From Octopus vulgaris (Eukaryota): a stretch of 64,000 nucleotides of DNA. Numbering within the stretch: position 1 is the first letter of the stretch; each line of letters opens with the position of its first letter. The stretch spans positions 117,800,001-117,864,000 of the forward strand of contig OX597819.1 of assembly GCA_951406725.2 (NCBI GenBank). The letters run 5' to 3'. The notes below the pieces were generated by a model, which worked only from the letters and a program-made list of their open reading frames with translations, did not search any database and had not been told where the DNA came from. Positions 41,115 through 55,417 of this stretch are shown one piece after another. The position numbers were made by a program, and so were the translations under genes.

Positions 41115-43860
41115 CATATATATATATGCGTATAACATCTAAGTTATACTTTAATCAATTGGCCCCCCCACTCCACAAAAATTTCGGGCCTTGTGCCTAG
41201 AGTAGGAAAATTTATTCATCATAAGAATTATGAGAATGATGGATAAGACTCGCATTCTTGCTAACCATGCTTGCTACATAAGCTTATTATATGTAACCCT
41301 CCTAGTGACATGATAGGATTTTTTATAAATAAGGTAAATCTATAGAATAAAAACATGACTCATATCTATCATTTGAGAAATAGGACTGCATAAAACTTAT
41401 TTTCTGCTTTCGAAACCAGAAGCTGAAACGTCGATCTTTGACGAATTAGTGCATTCGATATTTATTTGATCAGTTAAAAGTTTCATGAGAAATAATTGAA
41501 GATAAATAATATTCCATATGTTTCCCCTAAGATTCATACGATTACTGCTATTCTTATTTCCGAATGTCAGATGAATCTGGCAATATATAGATTCTATTAT
41601 TCTTAGAAAGCCCGAAATAATATCACAAATATGAAAAGCAAACAACATAGTAATTACATGCTCGAAAAAACAGCCAACATTATCTTTGATCAAGCAATGT
41701 CGGTACCAAAAAAGATGCGCTTTGGATGATTATGTCCGTATGCATAGTTTGCAACGAAATACGTGATGTATTTGGTAACAGACGACAGTTATTCATACGT
41801 TTGGTTCATGACGAGTAAACATGTGCCAAAGAGCAATACGAAGAACTAATACAGGTTATAAATCAAAACATCATCTCAAGAAATACAGAAAAAAGTATTG
41901 ATAATACTTTATTTACCTTGTCACAATGTCATAGATTCCAGTAATAAATTCTATCGATTGCAGTAATTCACACTATTTTGTTAAGGACTATTTTAGTTGA
42001 GAAATTCGAATGATTAATATGATTTTTTTTAATCATACGTACGCGCTTTTCAGCTTTCAAAATATATCCAAATGACTGTATACAACAACTTTTGTCGCAA
42101 CAAATCATCCGGTCATTGTGTATTTATACTCCTCTACCTATTTATTTATGATATATTTATGATTATTTATGATCATCACATATTTGCGCCAATATACACA
42201 ACACCAAATAGAGATGCAATATGTTGTGCTGTTGATTTCCTATGATATGGAGCCGATCATCTTTTAAATTCCTCGAAAATTAATGAGAAAGAAATGTTCA
42301 AGGGATAGTGCAAATGAGAGAGCAATAACGTATTAGGAGAAGGTATTTGTTACAATGTTACTTATACCTTAAGTATTTGACCAACATACTTTGTGACGAA
42401 TATTTGAGAAGTGTTTTTCATTGGTGCTCGACAAAGAAGCTCATGTGAGCACCGATTGATTAGAATCATATCGTAACTGCGTTGGGTCCCCAGTGATACC
42501 TTAATTTTTGTAAGTATACTGTCTCTACGGCTCCTTTAGTTAAAGCAATTCCCCTATCTGAAACGCGGCAAGATGGAATATGAATATTTGCCGCAATTTC
42601 CAAAACGTCTGTCGATCACATAAAGGAATTCCTATTTAGTTCATCGTGCATTTTTTTTTATATGGGAGATTTTCAACAATACAATGTAGACCATGTGCAT
42701 TTGTAGAAGTTGAAGAACATCAGATTAGTTCTTCAATCCGTACAGAAACTCAGGCTGCAGTATATGCAATGAGGGGGCGATTTCATATAAGTTTCAGTGA
42801 CTATGTTCTCTAAGAGAAATAAAATTTCTGCGATCAAGTTTCTTCGTTCTTATATTTAAAAAAATCTTCACAGCTAATGAAATCTAAACCCCCATGTCTA
42901 AGATATTCCACATCCAAATGGCTGACAAATCTTTGCTTTTTATGGATAAGATATCCGCGATGATAAATATGTCCCTAAGCGATCAGGGAAAAGCGAGAAT
43001 AATTTACAGATGTGAATGCTATGGATTACCAAACAAGCTGAAGGCCTGGGAAACAGGAAACCTCATATTTTCAGGTATAGCTTCTCTGCCACTCTAGTTA
43101 AATATCGAGCGAAAATAAGTTTGGATCCATACATGTCAGAATTCCAAAACAATAGTAAAGGACATGGGGAAAGAAGATACAAAATATAGTGGAATTAAAA
43201 GAGTACAACTGTCAAACAAATTTGAAACAAACAGTAATAAATTTAAAACTACTTAAATGAAGCGCAAAACGTAGTCTGAAATCAATGTACACTTCAAGTA
43301 CGTATTCGTTTGTGTGAGGTGTGAGAACGATCTTTTGAACTAAGCAAGCACTTCGTCCTAACACATAACGAATATGCTAGTTTTATGAAGTAGAACATAG
43401 ACATGGAATAAGCGCAGTAAAAGTATCTGCAAGGACAAATTGTCCAAAATAATAAACAGAGTATTTAAACATCTTCAAGATCCATAACTCCACCAGAATA
43501 AAATGGAATCATGGGGAAAACAAACAAAAATAAGGTGCCTCTGCGTGCTATAATACTAATTGTCTGATTAAAGAAAATAACACATTCCTTACTTGCATAT
43601 AACTTGCACAATCTTAAATGCAATCCATGTGTAGAAAATTAATACATCTTAAAAAAAACCCAATTCATTCCCGATTTTGGCGAGGAGGATGGACAATGAA
43701 ATGATACGTATGAGCATATACTAAGTATTAATTGCGAATGCGAACTATTGAGAAGGAAGAGTTATCTTTACTTGAAGTCTTTTGATTGTATATAACACAA
43801 GTGGAACCCAAAATATTAGGGCTATTAAGTTACCAGTAATTATAAGACAGGTCGTGTGTA

Positions 43861-44796
43861 CGAGGGGCGTTCAATAAGTAATGCCCCTGACCCACTTCCC
43901 ATAGCAGTAGAGCAACGAAACTTGGCACAGTTATTAGTCTTTTTCTACATAGGAACCACCCAGAGTTACGCATTTCTCCCATCGTTTGATGCGGCTCTGG
44001 AGACCGTTTTTGTAGAAGAACCCAGCTTGGTCCTCCAACCTCAACGTGACTTCAGAAATCAAGACTTCTGATCTAGCGACAAGCGAGTTGTGGACCGGAG
44101 CGTTGTCCTGCAGGAGGAGGATGCCTTTGCTGATCTTGCCCCGCCTCTTGATTTTGATAACTTCTCTTAATTTCCTCAAAAGTGAAGCATAATAGGCTCC
44201 TGCAATTGTGGTACCCTTTGCCAGGAAATCTGTCATCACTACTCCGTCCTGGTCCCAGAAGACCGTGAGCATGACCTTGCCAGCGGAGGGCTGCACCCTT
44301 GCCTTCTTTGGAGGGGGTGAGTCACGGTGCTTCCACTGCATTGACTGGGTTTTGGTCTCTGCATCATCGTGATGGACCCAGGTATCATCCTGTGTAATCA
44401 GTCTTTTGAAAAATTTGACTCATCTTCTTGGCACATCTCCAAATTCACCCTCGAGCACTCGACGCGTTCTTGCTTCTGGAAAGGCGTGAGCAACCTGGGA
44501 ATCCATCTGGCAGACACCTTTTGCATATGCAAAAGGTCATGAATGATAGTTTCCACAGACCCGGTACTAATATTGACCTCATGGGCTATTTGGCGAATAA
44601 TTATGCGTCGATCTTCCAAAATGGCAGCCTCAACTTGACGGACAGATGCCTCATCATTGGCAGAAGGGGGCGACCAGATCTGGGAGCTGTTTCCACAGAG
44701 TTCCGACCATGTTTGAATTCACGATGACAGCGTTTTACAAGGTCATATGATGGGGCATTACTTGGGTCAGAGGCATTACTTATTGAACGTCCCTCG
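43861..44796 (-). mobile_element. Internally deleted mariner element with intact TIRs
   Basis: 34-bp TIRs at 43861-43894 and 44763-44796 (2 mismatches), with TA on both sides. Transposase remnants: ...PRSGRP, WIPRLL, LITQDDTWVHH, QDNAPVH, C-terminal RWEKCVTLGGSYVEK. Two frameshifts; the N-terminus and the YSPDLAP/third-D segment are missing. Confidence 0.95.
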
Positions 44797-45010
44797 TAAA
44801 TGCCAAATTCAGGTAGAAAATGGAATTATATATATGCGCGCGTGTGTGTGTATCACAACTTAATTTTTGTGCGAAAATTCTACAAGACACTGCGTGCATA
44901 TGGGTGCAATGTTGCCAATAGAAAAAGAAAACAAAAAGAATTAAAATGCAAAAAAACTAATGTTCCTCAAATTCCACGAACAGTCATAAAATCAGTCTCC
45001 TGCTGATATA

Positions 45011-45406
45011 TCTTTATATATAAAACTGTAGTTGTGTGAGTGTCTGTCCCCTTCGATTTAGATTCCTAACTACTCCCACATTTTGCGGTACAGTTTAACC
45101 AAAACCGGGTATCTTATAGTCGTGATTCATATCGAGCCCTTCTGGGTATTAGCGCTTGTCTACTATGAGTCTACGATTTTAAAAATAATTTACCATAATT
45201 TTTTTCCATTTTCATGCATATTTTTTTAAAGGAAAGTAACTCTCTAAAAATGTCTACGATGAGTTAACGATTTAAAAAAAAATTTACCATCATATTTTTT
45301 CCATTTTTAATGCATTTTTTTTGCTATTTTTTGGCTATAACTCTCTAAAATATGCTGTATAGTTATTTTTCTTACAAACCCGAGGTACGCCGGGCGATAC
45401 TGCTAG
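45011..45406 (+). mobile_element. Non-autonomous Helitron (shorter copy of 38653-39276)
   Basis: A|TC...cccgaggtacgccgggcgatactgCTAG|T. Confidence 0.85.
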
Positions 45407-45625
45407 TGCAAAATAAATCTCAACTGGGGAGTAACTACATGCTTGCTCCATGTTCTGATCATAGTAGCCTTATTGCACCAAACCTGATAGGAAATGAATT
45501 GTACTTATTGGTGTAAATAGTTCTCGAAAGTGTGTCTGGATAAACAGCATGACAGCTGCTGTTTCATTTATATCAGTCTGCATTCAGGCTCCATCACAAC
45601 GAATATAAAACAAGGCCCACCATAT

Positions 45626-46100
<475 letters not shown>

Positions 46101-47754
46101 GCCACGCTTGCTACATTTGTACATACCAAAGCATGTATACTAAATATTTCTTTTCTTACAGATATTTAACAGCCTTTTGATCAATGATCCATGTATTCTG
46201 GATAAAATGAATTACACGTTCAAATATATAGAATCATTGAATCAGGTATTTCAATCAATCACAAATATTTTCCACGAGTCTATAGCAAAGTAATAGATAT
46301 CCTTACATTGGTAAAGTGGTCATCGAAGTTCAATAGAAAATATAACTGTTAAACAAATCTATGTCTTGGTATTGATTTTTAGTTGACATTGTTTTGAAAA
46401 TGACCCTGAAGTTCATATTGAATATGACATCTTTCAGTAATTATTATTTATTTCACTTAATATGCGTTAACTAATCAAAATTTAATGTGATAGCATTTCG
46501 CTATTGTCGTGCCCCGAGGAAATAGGTATCGGTCATATATGAATAATAGATCCTTATGCTTATACTGCCTAAGTTTTTCTATTGAAAAATTATTAGACTA
46601 ATGTTGCTTTTCCTCTTATTTATTACCAAAGTTTCAGAACAAATTTGAAGAATATATTTGAAGCATAGCCCATTATTCATTGAGCATATACATGTAGGAG
46701 TTAATCTCATTTTTATGTTATATTTCTTAGTTATTATTATTCTCTTGACATTCAGTGAACTGTATTCTATGCTTTAAATGTCATACGAATATTTGTTGTG
46801 TAAAAATAAAAACAAAAGAAAGAATAGAGACATTCTAGCGCTCGAACAAAATATCAAAGGATATAAAGTTAAAAGCACATATTTTGTATATGGAATTATG
46901 GGTTCTTGCAAAATGCAACGTAATACGTAATGGCGTTTGCATCCACTGGAATATAAATGTCACTGACTGTCATGTAGATCATTATTCTGACAGTTTAATT
47001 GCACTGACGTCAAATATATCTCTTTGGTCAAGTCACAAAATGTAAATATTATGAATTCAGTTGTGCATCTGCATTTCCGCGCAGGCTTTTGAAGTCGTAT
47101 ACTTTGCTGAATTTGAAATTACGTTTTTCACTTTGCTTTCCCACTATAAGCATAGAAGAATAGGACTGCATTATTTATTATTTAAATGCAGACATGTTGT
47201 TGTATATATCCACGTAGATCAGATAAGTTTATCTCCCTATATCTATATGCCTAGATTAAAAGTTGCGTTCGACAAAGTAGTCTTTCTATGTACGCTCTTT
47301 CCTGCATTTGTATAAATTTGTTATATCTAAGATGATAAAACTTCGCAACGAACGGACGTCTGCGTTATAGTGTGGGCAATTTTGACAGACAAAGACAGGA
47401 AAGACAGTAAATAGATACAGATCAATTGAGAGAGAGTGGAAGGGTAAAGTATGCATTGATTCATGAGGCATTTTTATTGAATAGACAGACAAAGCATTAA
47501 TCACTTTACTCTGAATATTCACAGAAATGATACGGATCCTATATCCTTACAAACCTCCATTCATCCACACATAAATACATACATACACGCATACACGCAC
47601 AAACACTCGCAAACACAGCCACACATATACACACACAAACAGGCAAACGCTATGTGAATACATAAGTATGCACATAACGCGTATCCACATAATCAAAATC
47701 TATTATATTGAAAAAAATATAGGCAGGTTTTTCTGCTGACATATTTGTTATCTT

Positions 47755-47910
47755 TTTACCTTTTATCTTCATGTTTCATTCATGTGACCGCGGTCACGCT
47801 GGAGCACTGCTGTGAATAATTTGTTTCAATCGAATGAATCTATCACAGTACTTATTTCTTTGTTAAGTCTCGTAATTTTTCTATCGGTCTTCTTAGTCGA
47901 ACTGCTAACT
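47755..47910 (-). mobile_element. Old SINE-A 3' fragment
   Basis: tgtttca...tgaccgcggtcacgctggagcactgc...ctatcggtcttc..gaactgctaa. Confidence 0.6.
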
Positions 47911-48221
47911 TTGGGGAGAGTCTTATCATATAAGTCATACACATAATTAAGATTTCAATACCATATAATTTCATGAAATATCTCACCATCTTATATTCAA
48001 GAAGTGCTATAAAAACCACAGAATTACGGAAAATTATCATACAAATTTACCTTGGATATTGACTTGGTAGCAATAAAAAAATTAAACACACTGCAAGTGA
48101 TTTGGCTACGAGAGCTTTCTTCACAGTGTAAAGCAATATCAAACACTTCATTCATTCATTCATTCATTCATTCATTCATTCATTCATTCGAGATAGATAG
48201 ATATATAGATAGATAGACAGA

Positions 48222-48275
<54 letters not shown>

Positions 48276-49219
48276 TCTACATACCTTAACATATATTCCA
48301 GGCGCCCCGTACCCCCCTTAACATTTATGTGAGCACATATTCTTAATAATTGGTACGACTCTCTGTTTGTCTCTCTCTCTCTCTCATTTTTACTTGATCT
48401 GTCCCCCTCTCTCTCTTTTCTCTCTACTCATCCTCTTTTTCTCTTCTCTTTCCTCTGATTCTTTGGTCTAGTCTTCCACTACCCTCCTATTTCTTTGTCT
48501 CGCTCTGCACTCACAGATCATTCTTCGACACCCATCCCTTCTCCTCTCTGATTCCTTCTTTCTCTCTCTTCTCTCTCTTTGTTGCGTTTGTCCCTCCTCT
48601 CTCTCTCTCCTCTCTCTCTCTCTTCCTTTGCTTCTCTTTCTTTTCTTTTCCCTCTTCTCTGTCACGTGACTGTTGGCCGAAATCTGCCTTTCAGCTTCTG
48701 ACCCTCGTCTTGTTAACATCGCTGTTTTCGTCCGCCACTATAAAGGCTTTTTCCATTGCGCCAGAGAAAAAATTTGTTTGCTTGTTATCAGTCGTAAGAC
48801 ACTGTTGTTTTCACCGTTAATGCTTCTGTATTTCATGTTTCTGTATTCCATTATTGTTTTTTGTTTTTTTATATCTGTCCCTTTTGCTGTCCTGGTGTTC
48901 GTATGCATTCGATCCTTCTTCCAGGAAATCTACGCTTCCAGCTTAGTTTTTCTAATGCTCGTTGCTTGGTTTTTTCTTGGAGGGCTGGCCGTGATCTAGT
49001 AATCTCAAGATTAATCAGCCGAAATTACTACGATGATCCGGTTCTTGACTGAAGACTGAGGGTTTCGAATGTCCTGTCCGTGTTTATTGTGTCGTCTTCT
49101 AAGAGTTATACGTTCTTGTCCATGTTGTATTTTTCTACATACCTTAATATATATATATATATATATAAACAATTCATAAATAAGGGCAAATTTTTTCGAA
49201 AAAAATTTTATCCTTCATT

Positions 49220-49221
<2 letters not shown>

Positions 49222-49280
<59 letters not shown>

Positions 49281-49335
49281 TAGATAGATATATAGATAGA
49301 TAGATATATATATATATATATATATAGATAGATAA

Positions 49336-49385
<50 letters not shown>

Positions 49386-49668
49386 TGATTGATAAATAGA
49401 TAGAGGAATAGATAGAAAGAAAGATAGATATATAGACAGATAGATACATAGATAGATAGAAAGACAGACACCCAGACCGATAGATAGATAGATAGATAGA
49501 TACATACATACATACATAGAGTGATAAATACACAGATAGATCGATAGACAGATAGATAAATAGATTGTTAATTAGATAGATACATAGAAAGAAAGATAGA
49601 TTGATAGACGGACAGGCAGACATATAGAGAGATACATAGATAGAATGTCAGATAGATAGATAGACAAG

Positions 49669-49726
<58 letters not shown>
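49222..49726. repeat. (TA)n/(GA)n/(GATA)n microsatellite
   Basis: Directly visible. Confidence 0.97.
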
Positions 49727-51104
49727 CCTGGGCAAAGTAATTTTGTGGCAAAAATGTTTGGGAGCATATTGCAAGCCCCAACAAAATCCGAGTTATGTAT
49801 TTAAACCTTGTATCTTATTTTAAAAGATCGATAATGATTGCCGAAGTTGATATGGATCGACCGTCTATGCCTAAAAAGGACGACCGGTGTCTACAGTAAT
49901 TCAAAAGCTGTATTTTGTCGTTCGTTGAAGATTTGATTCGGAATTTTATAAAATAGTTATAATCAACAGAAATCTCATGAATATTAGTACAACCCTTGTC
50001 AGAAAGAGCTAGATTTCTCCAAAATAAGCCAATGTATTTCAAATGAGAGAGAATTAGCTTATTTTAATTGCCGTACATGTTAGCTAGCCACCTTTTTTTT
50101 CAGTACTTGAAATAATTTTTGTCTGAGGTAACCTGTGTTTTGAAGTCGTTTTCTGTAACGTAATTAATTTTGTTTTTATGTAGAGCTGTTGTCAATATGT
50201 TCCATGAACCGATATGCAGCACCTTTGATTGGGGAGTTGCAATTCAAAGGGCACGTCTAGAGATTTTGAAATGATATTTACGTTCGTCAAAAACACCATT
50301 AGGTTTATTTAACATCTTCATAATCTGCTGGTTGACAAAAGAGGCGAAGATTATTCAACAAGAATAGGTAACGTTATATTTCTTTTTTTTTAAGATATAG
50401 CAAATATTTCCGGCCAATTGGTCTAGTTACTAAATTTAAATATTTTCTGCCCACGTTAAATCCAGCATCTAGCGTACATTTTGGACCACATTCTACAAAC
50501 AGCTTCTACATCAAACTCTATGAGGCCTTCTCTGGAGTTGGGAGACATAGCGGAGCTCTTCTGACAGTTCACATTCGCCTATTGCAAAATTTTATTGCAA
50601 GCAAAAATCTTCTTATCCTGCTTTGACCGATTATATTGAAGAAAAACACCTCTATTCCTATCCTAATATTTTAGCGTACAATGCAGGAAACGTCTTAGAT
50701 TAATGTCGCCAGCGTTTCCATTGGAAGATTGCACCTACGGCAGTTCATATGACAGGTGACTATAAGGCAGTAAACCCTGAACAAGCTTGTATCAAAATAG
50801 GGATGTACATAAATACAAAATAGGGATGACATGTACATAAATTTGCGTGTTAATTTGTCGGTGTTAACTAAATCACAATGATGGAGCCTTGTATTTTGTT
50901 TTTGAAATCAGCTGCCTCTTCAGTGGACGATTTATAATTTTAAATAATTAGACATACATGCATAATACGCACATACATGGATACGTAATCTCATGAAGTA
51001 TCCGGACTGTTGCCATAGTATCGAATCTAGAGCAGGCAGAGTGAAACCGATTAGTACAAATTGACTTTAAACTTCCCTGTACAAGCGCTTTTTTAACAAT
51101 CTAG

Positions 51105-51396
51105 CCCACTTGTGATCACTGTGACCGACCAGGCTATCAGATGTTGCTACAACTCCCTGGTCACAATGCGCTTCGCAACCTTTTAGCCTTCAAATGACGC
51201 CACCCCGCTGGATAAGCAAGCAGGTGAACAGAGAAAAATTGACAGGAAGTTGTAGCGTAAGAGTACAGCAGTACAGCCTCGTGGAGCTTTAGGTGTTTTC
51301 GCTCAATAAACACTCTCAATGCCCGGTCTGGGAATCGAAACCACGATCCTACAACCGCGAGTCTGCTGCCCTAACCAGTGGGCCATTGCGCCTCCA
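51105..51396 (-). mobile_element. tRNA-derived SINE family B, tail type 3
   Basis: Head and body (51240-51396) match 1990-2166; 51105-51225 is unrelated to the other two tails. Confidence 0.85.
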
Positions 51397-52174
51397 TAAT
51401 ATACATAGTATGTTTGAGTTAAGTAGAGAGGAGCTGTGTATCTTAAACACATTGCTTTCGGTGATTTCATTAAAATAAGAATTCCATGTAGCTACAGTAC
51501 ATATCTGGGTATTTAAGCACAATTTCTAGTAATCTAAGTTTCGGAAATTATGTTTTAGCTACGACAAAAACTATCACATAGCGAAGTCAATACATCGGCA
51601 TGAGGTGATGCACATGCATATCGAAATCTGAGACTCCACTCGTTTCACAGCGAGTTGGGGTGTAACCGATCAATATATTGTTCGAATCTTTTTTATATAC
51701 ATCAGTTATATTTCGTTTTGTTAATATTCTTACGAAATGTTCTTTTTTAATGATTTATTCATATAAAGTTTTCAAGAATATATTGTTTGTATCACTTTAT
51801 TAGGGTGGCGTTATATAATGATATAAAAATTGTAATGAACACTAAATTATATCTAACGTTGCGTAAATTTGACGATAGACCAAAGATAACGTAGCTCATT
51901 TCAAAGTTTCTTCACATGTGTTCACATGTATTCACAGATGTTCATGCGATGTTTATAACTACTTACTCTGTGAGTATGGATTGGCTTTTCGTGATGTGGT
52001 TAAAAAAAATATGTTCTTTCTTTTTTTGTGCTTAATGATATAATGCGTACATACATGCACGCACATATACACGCAGACACACACATATATGTCAGTGTGC
52101 GCGAATGAGTAATCATATGTGTATGTCTATATGTATATGCTTACGTACATACATATACATATGCATATCTATAT

Positions 52175-52235
<61 letters not shown>

Positions 52236-52254
52236 TAATTCTCGCCTAAAGCAA

Positions 52255-52625
52255 TATAATATCGCTTCTGTACCCGCCCTATTCGCCAGATTCCACCTCT
52301 TCTCCGAGATGAAAATGCAGCCCAAAGGCCGCCGTTTTAAGGCCGTTGTCGAGAGCCAGAGCGAATCGTAGAAGCCCTTCGACTCAGTTACGAAAAATGA
52401 CTTCCGGGCTAAGTTCCAAACGTGACAGGTACACTAGAGCCACTGTAGTGCTGAGCGAGGTGACTATTTCGAAACTGATGATATTAAATATATTACGTTA
52501 ATAATTACGTTAATATGTAACAGATGGTGTTAAATACGTTACGTAAAAAATACGTTAATATGTTATGTTAATAAATCATGATTTTATTAAATATAACTTA
52601 TCCAGGAAGTTTTAAATACTACCAT
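52255..52625 (+). pseudogene. mariner transposase C-terminal relic
   Basis: PPYSPD/..HLFSEMKMQPKGRRF...NDFRAKFQT*QVH*SHCSAERGDYFE. 50995-51085 may be the matching 5' end (unverified). Confidence 0.75.
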
Positions 52626-53183
52626 AACTTGATAGGTGTTTTTGGTAATTTATAAGCAGAGCTATGTAAAAATATATTTTCGACTAACCATTTTCGGTGC
52701 CATGAGTTTTTCTGCATCAGTTGGAGGTTATTTCAGTTTGCAGTTATTGATGGCATTTTCACTACTTTGGTCGATGACGCCGGCGATTGTGCTTTGTTAT
52801 TATTCATATACATATTGTTCCGTCTCGGTTCTGCTCATATTAATGCTCGCATATTTTCTTTTCATATTAACTGTGTCTCTATGGTTTCTATTTTAGAATT
52901 TGAGATATGTATAGTAATGGATATTTTAGCGTCTGCCGTGATAGCATGATAATATGCTGTGAACTCACCTGCCCGTTTACACTTCTGTCTGTGAGTGTGA
53001 ATGGTTTATGGTGCTACTGTTTTTCATTTCGTTTGTGAATGTTCTTTTCTGTCAGGTCTTTCACCTCGGCAAGAGTAAGCAGGGCAGCGAAATAGTATCT
53101 TCAACAGTACTTTGGAATTATCTGTAATGAGTAAGATGCATCTGCTGCTGCGATAACTAAAAGTATATATACACATGATATAT

Positions 53184-53218
<35 letters not shown>

Positions 53219-53227
53219 TACATATAA

Positions 53228-53258
<31 letters not shown>

Positions 53259-53338
53259 AATGTTTATATATATACATAAATATATATATACATATAAACA
53301 TATATATATACATACGTACATACATACACCCACACACC

Positions 53339-53381
<43 letters not shown>

Positions 53382-53477
53382 ATATAAAAAAAGTAATGTG
53401 TTTTGAAAGGCACCATAACGGACTATAGTAACAACGATGTACCATAATATCTGTTAAAATTTAATCATCCATAGTCT

Positions 53478-53519
53478 GATATAATATTTAGGAATATAAA
53501 AATTCCTTCTTCAGATATC
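53478..53519 (-). ncRNA. Degenerate minimal hammerhead (G12U)
   Basis: GAUAU CUGAAGA A GGAAU-UUUUAU-AUUCC uAAA UA UU AUAUC, with stems I and II perfect. Confidence 0.55.
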
Positions 53520-53566
53520 CCTAGGAATTGATCGAATCATTGCTACAATCAGTTTTACAACGGTCC

Positions 53567-53766
53567 TTTTTCTTTTTCTTCTTCTTCTGCTTCTTCTTCT
53601 TCTTCTTCTTCTTCTTCTTCTTCTTCTTCTTCTTCTTCTTCTTCTGCTTCTTCTTTTGCTTCTTCTTCTTCTTCTTCTTCTTCTTCTTCTTCTGTTTCTT
53701 CATCATCTTCTTCTTCTTCTTCTTCTTCTTCTTCTTTTTCTTCTTCTTCTTCTTCTGCCTCTTCTT
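53567..53766. repeat. (CTT)n microsatellite
   Basis: Directly visible. Confidence 0.97.
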
Positions 53767-53977
53767 GTAGCTATTGTAGCACCAGCCATATTAACAGTAG
53801 CAACGAGCAACACACACACACACATATATTTATGTAGATATCTCTCTTTCTGTCTTTAGATACATACATACATACACACACACACTTATATCTATACACA
53901 TATATCTATGTATACATATCTATAAATATACATACACATATATATATATTTATATGTATATATATATATACATATAT

Positions 53978-54587
53978 ATAATAGTTATCGCCATACTAAT
54001 ATGGCATTCTTATAAAAATAAGAATAAAGCTGTCCGCTTATTAGCTCCATGAAGCCATCGCCTTAAGTTAGCTATTTGATACACAAACTGTATCCATATA
54101 ACCTTCGAACAAGGGAGGTCAGTCGCTACACACTACTTGACCGGCAGCTACAGACGCGTTTCGGGGTATTGCCCCTTTTCAATGCAGCGTAGCCAGACTA
54201 GTAGGTGTCGCTTCTGACAATCTCTGTTCGAAGGTTTTATTTACCTAGCTTCGGTGGAATACATCCACTTGTTTTCAATAATAGAAATATTAAAATTACT
54301 AAGTCTCTCTAAAAGAGAACAACGGCATCGTTTTCGGAAAATAATAGTTATCGCCATACTAATATGGCATTCTTATAAAAATAAGAATAAAGCTGTTCGA
54401 AGGTTATATGGATACAGTTTGTGTATCAAATAGCTAACTTAAGGCGATGGCCTCATGGAGCTAATAAGCGGACAGCTATATTCTTATTTTTATAAGAATG
54501 CCATATTAGTATGGCGATAACTATTATTTTCCGGAAACGCTGCCGTTGTTCTCTTTTAGAGAGACTTAGTAATTTTAATATTTCTAT

Positions 54588-54589
<2 letters not shown>
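53978..54589 (-). mobile_element. Young non-coding hammerhead-bearing element (PLE pseudo-LTR or retrozyme-like) with direct and inverted repeats, embedded in (TA)n
   Basis: Block order B-C-D-A-B then inverted C'-B'-A'. B recurs at 53978 and 54341 (period 363). Copies differ at only a few positions. Confidence 0.85.
54147..54188 (-). ncRNA. Minimal type-I hammerhead with U3-A8 covariant core
   Basis: GCUGCA UUGAAAA GGGG-CAAUA-CCCC GAAA CGCG UC UGUAGC. Confidence 0.8.
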
Positions 54590-54632
<43 letters not shown>

Positions 54633-54847
54633 ATATACCCACATATATGTGTTTGTTTGTATCTGTATGTATGCATGTGTATTTGTGGATCTGTATCTTT
54701 TTGTGTGTGTGTTTTTGTGCGTGTGTGTGTCTGTGTGTTGAATTCACCGATTATGAAAAATACACGTAATACGTCAATTTCTCCATCAACATTTGAAAAC
54801 TTCAATTGCTTTTAAGCTATTCTTCTTATATTTTAAATTATTCTATG

Positions 54848-55232
54848 AGCAGGACTGGCTGTGAGGTAAGTAGCTTGCTAACCAGCCACATCATTCCGGG
54901 TTCAGTCCCACTGCATGGAATCTTGGGCAATGCCTTGTGAGTGGATTTGGTAGACGGAAACTGAAAGAAGCCTGTAGTATATATGTATATATATATTTAT
55001 ATATAAGTGTGTGTGTATATGTTTGTGTGTCTGTGTTTGTCCCCCTAGCATTGCTTGACAACCGATGCTGGTGTGTTTACGTCCCCGTCACTTAGCGGTT
55101 CGGCAAAAGAGACCGATAGAATAAGTACTGGGCTTACAAAGAATAAGTCCCGGGGTCGATTTGCTCGACTAAAAGGTGGTGCTCCAGCATGGCCGCAGTC
55201 AAATGACTGAAACAAGTAAAAGAGTAAAGAGT
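54848..55232 (+). mobile_element. SINE family A (small internal deletion)
   Basis: Colinear with 14263-14700 but lacks the gtgtcttctactatagcctcgggccgacc segment. Confidence 0.9.
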
Positions 55233-55346
55233 ATGTATTTTCCTCCCGATTTAAGGCCTCTAACATGAAACACCTCATCCATGTGAGAAATACTTTTATA
55301 CTCTGTTCGTGAAAATGTTGATATAGATTTGTATACGCGCATATAC

Positions 55347-55417
<71 letters not shown>

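Noticed and set aside
48965-49080. Hammerhead-like pieces (GGCUG...CAGCC GAAA; CUGAAGA...GAAU) in the 48650-49150 segment
   Set aside because: The core or stems are not satisfiable in either parse. It is probably a repeat, but I cannot classify it.
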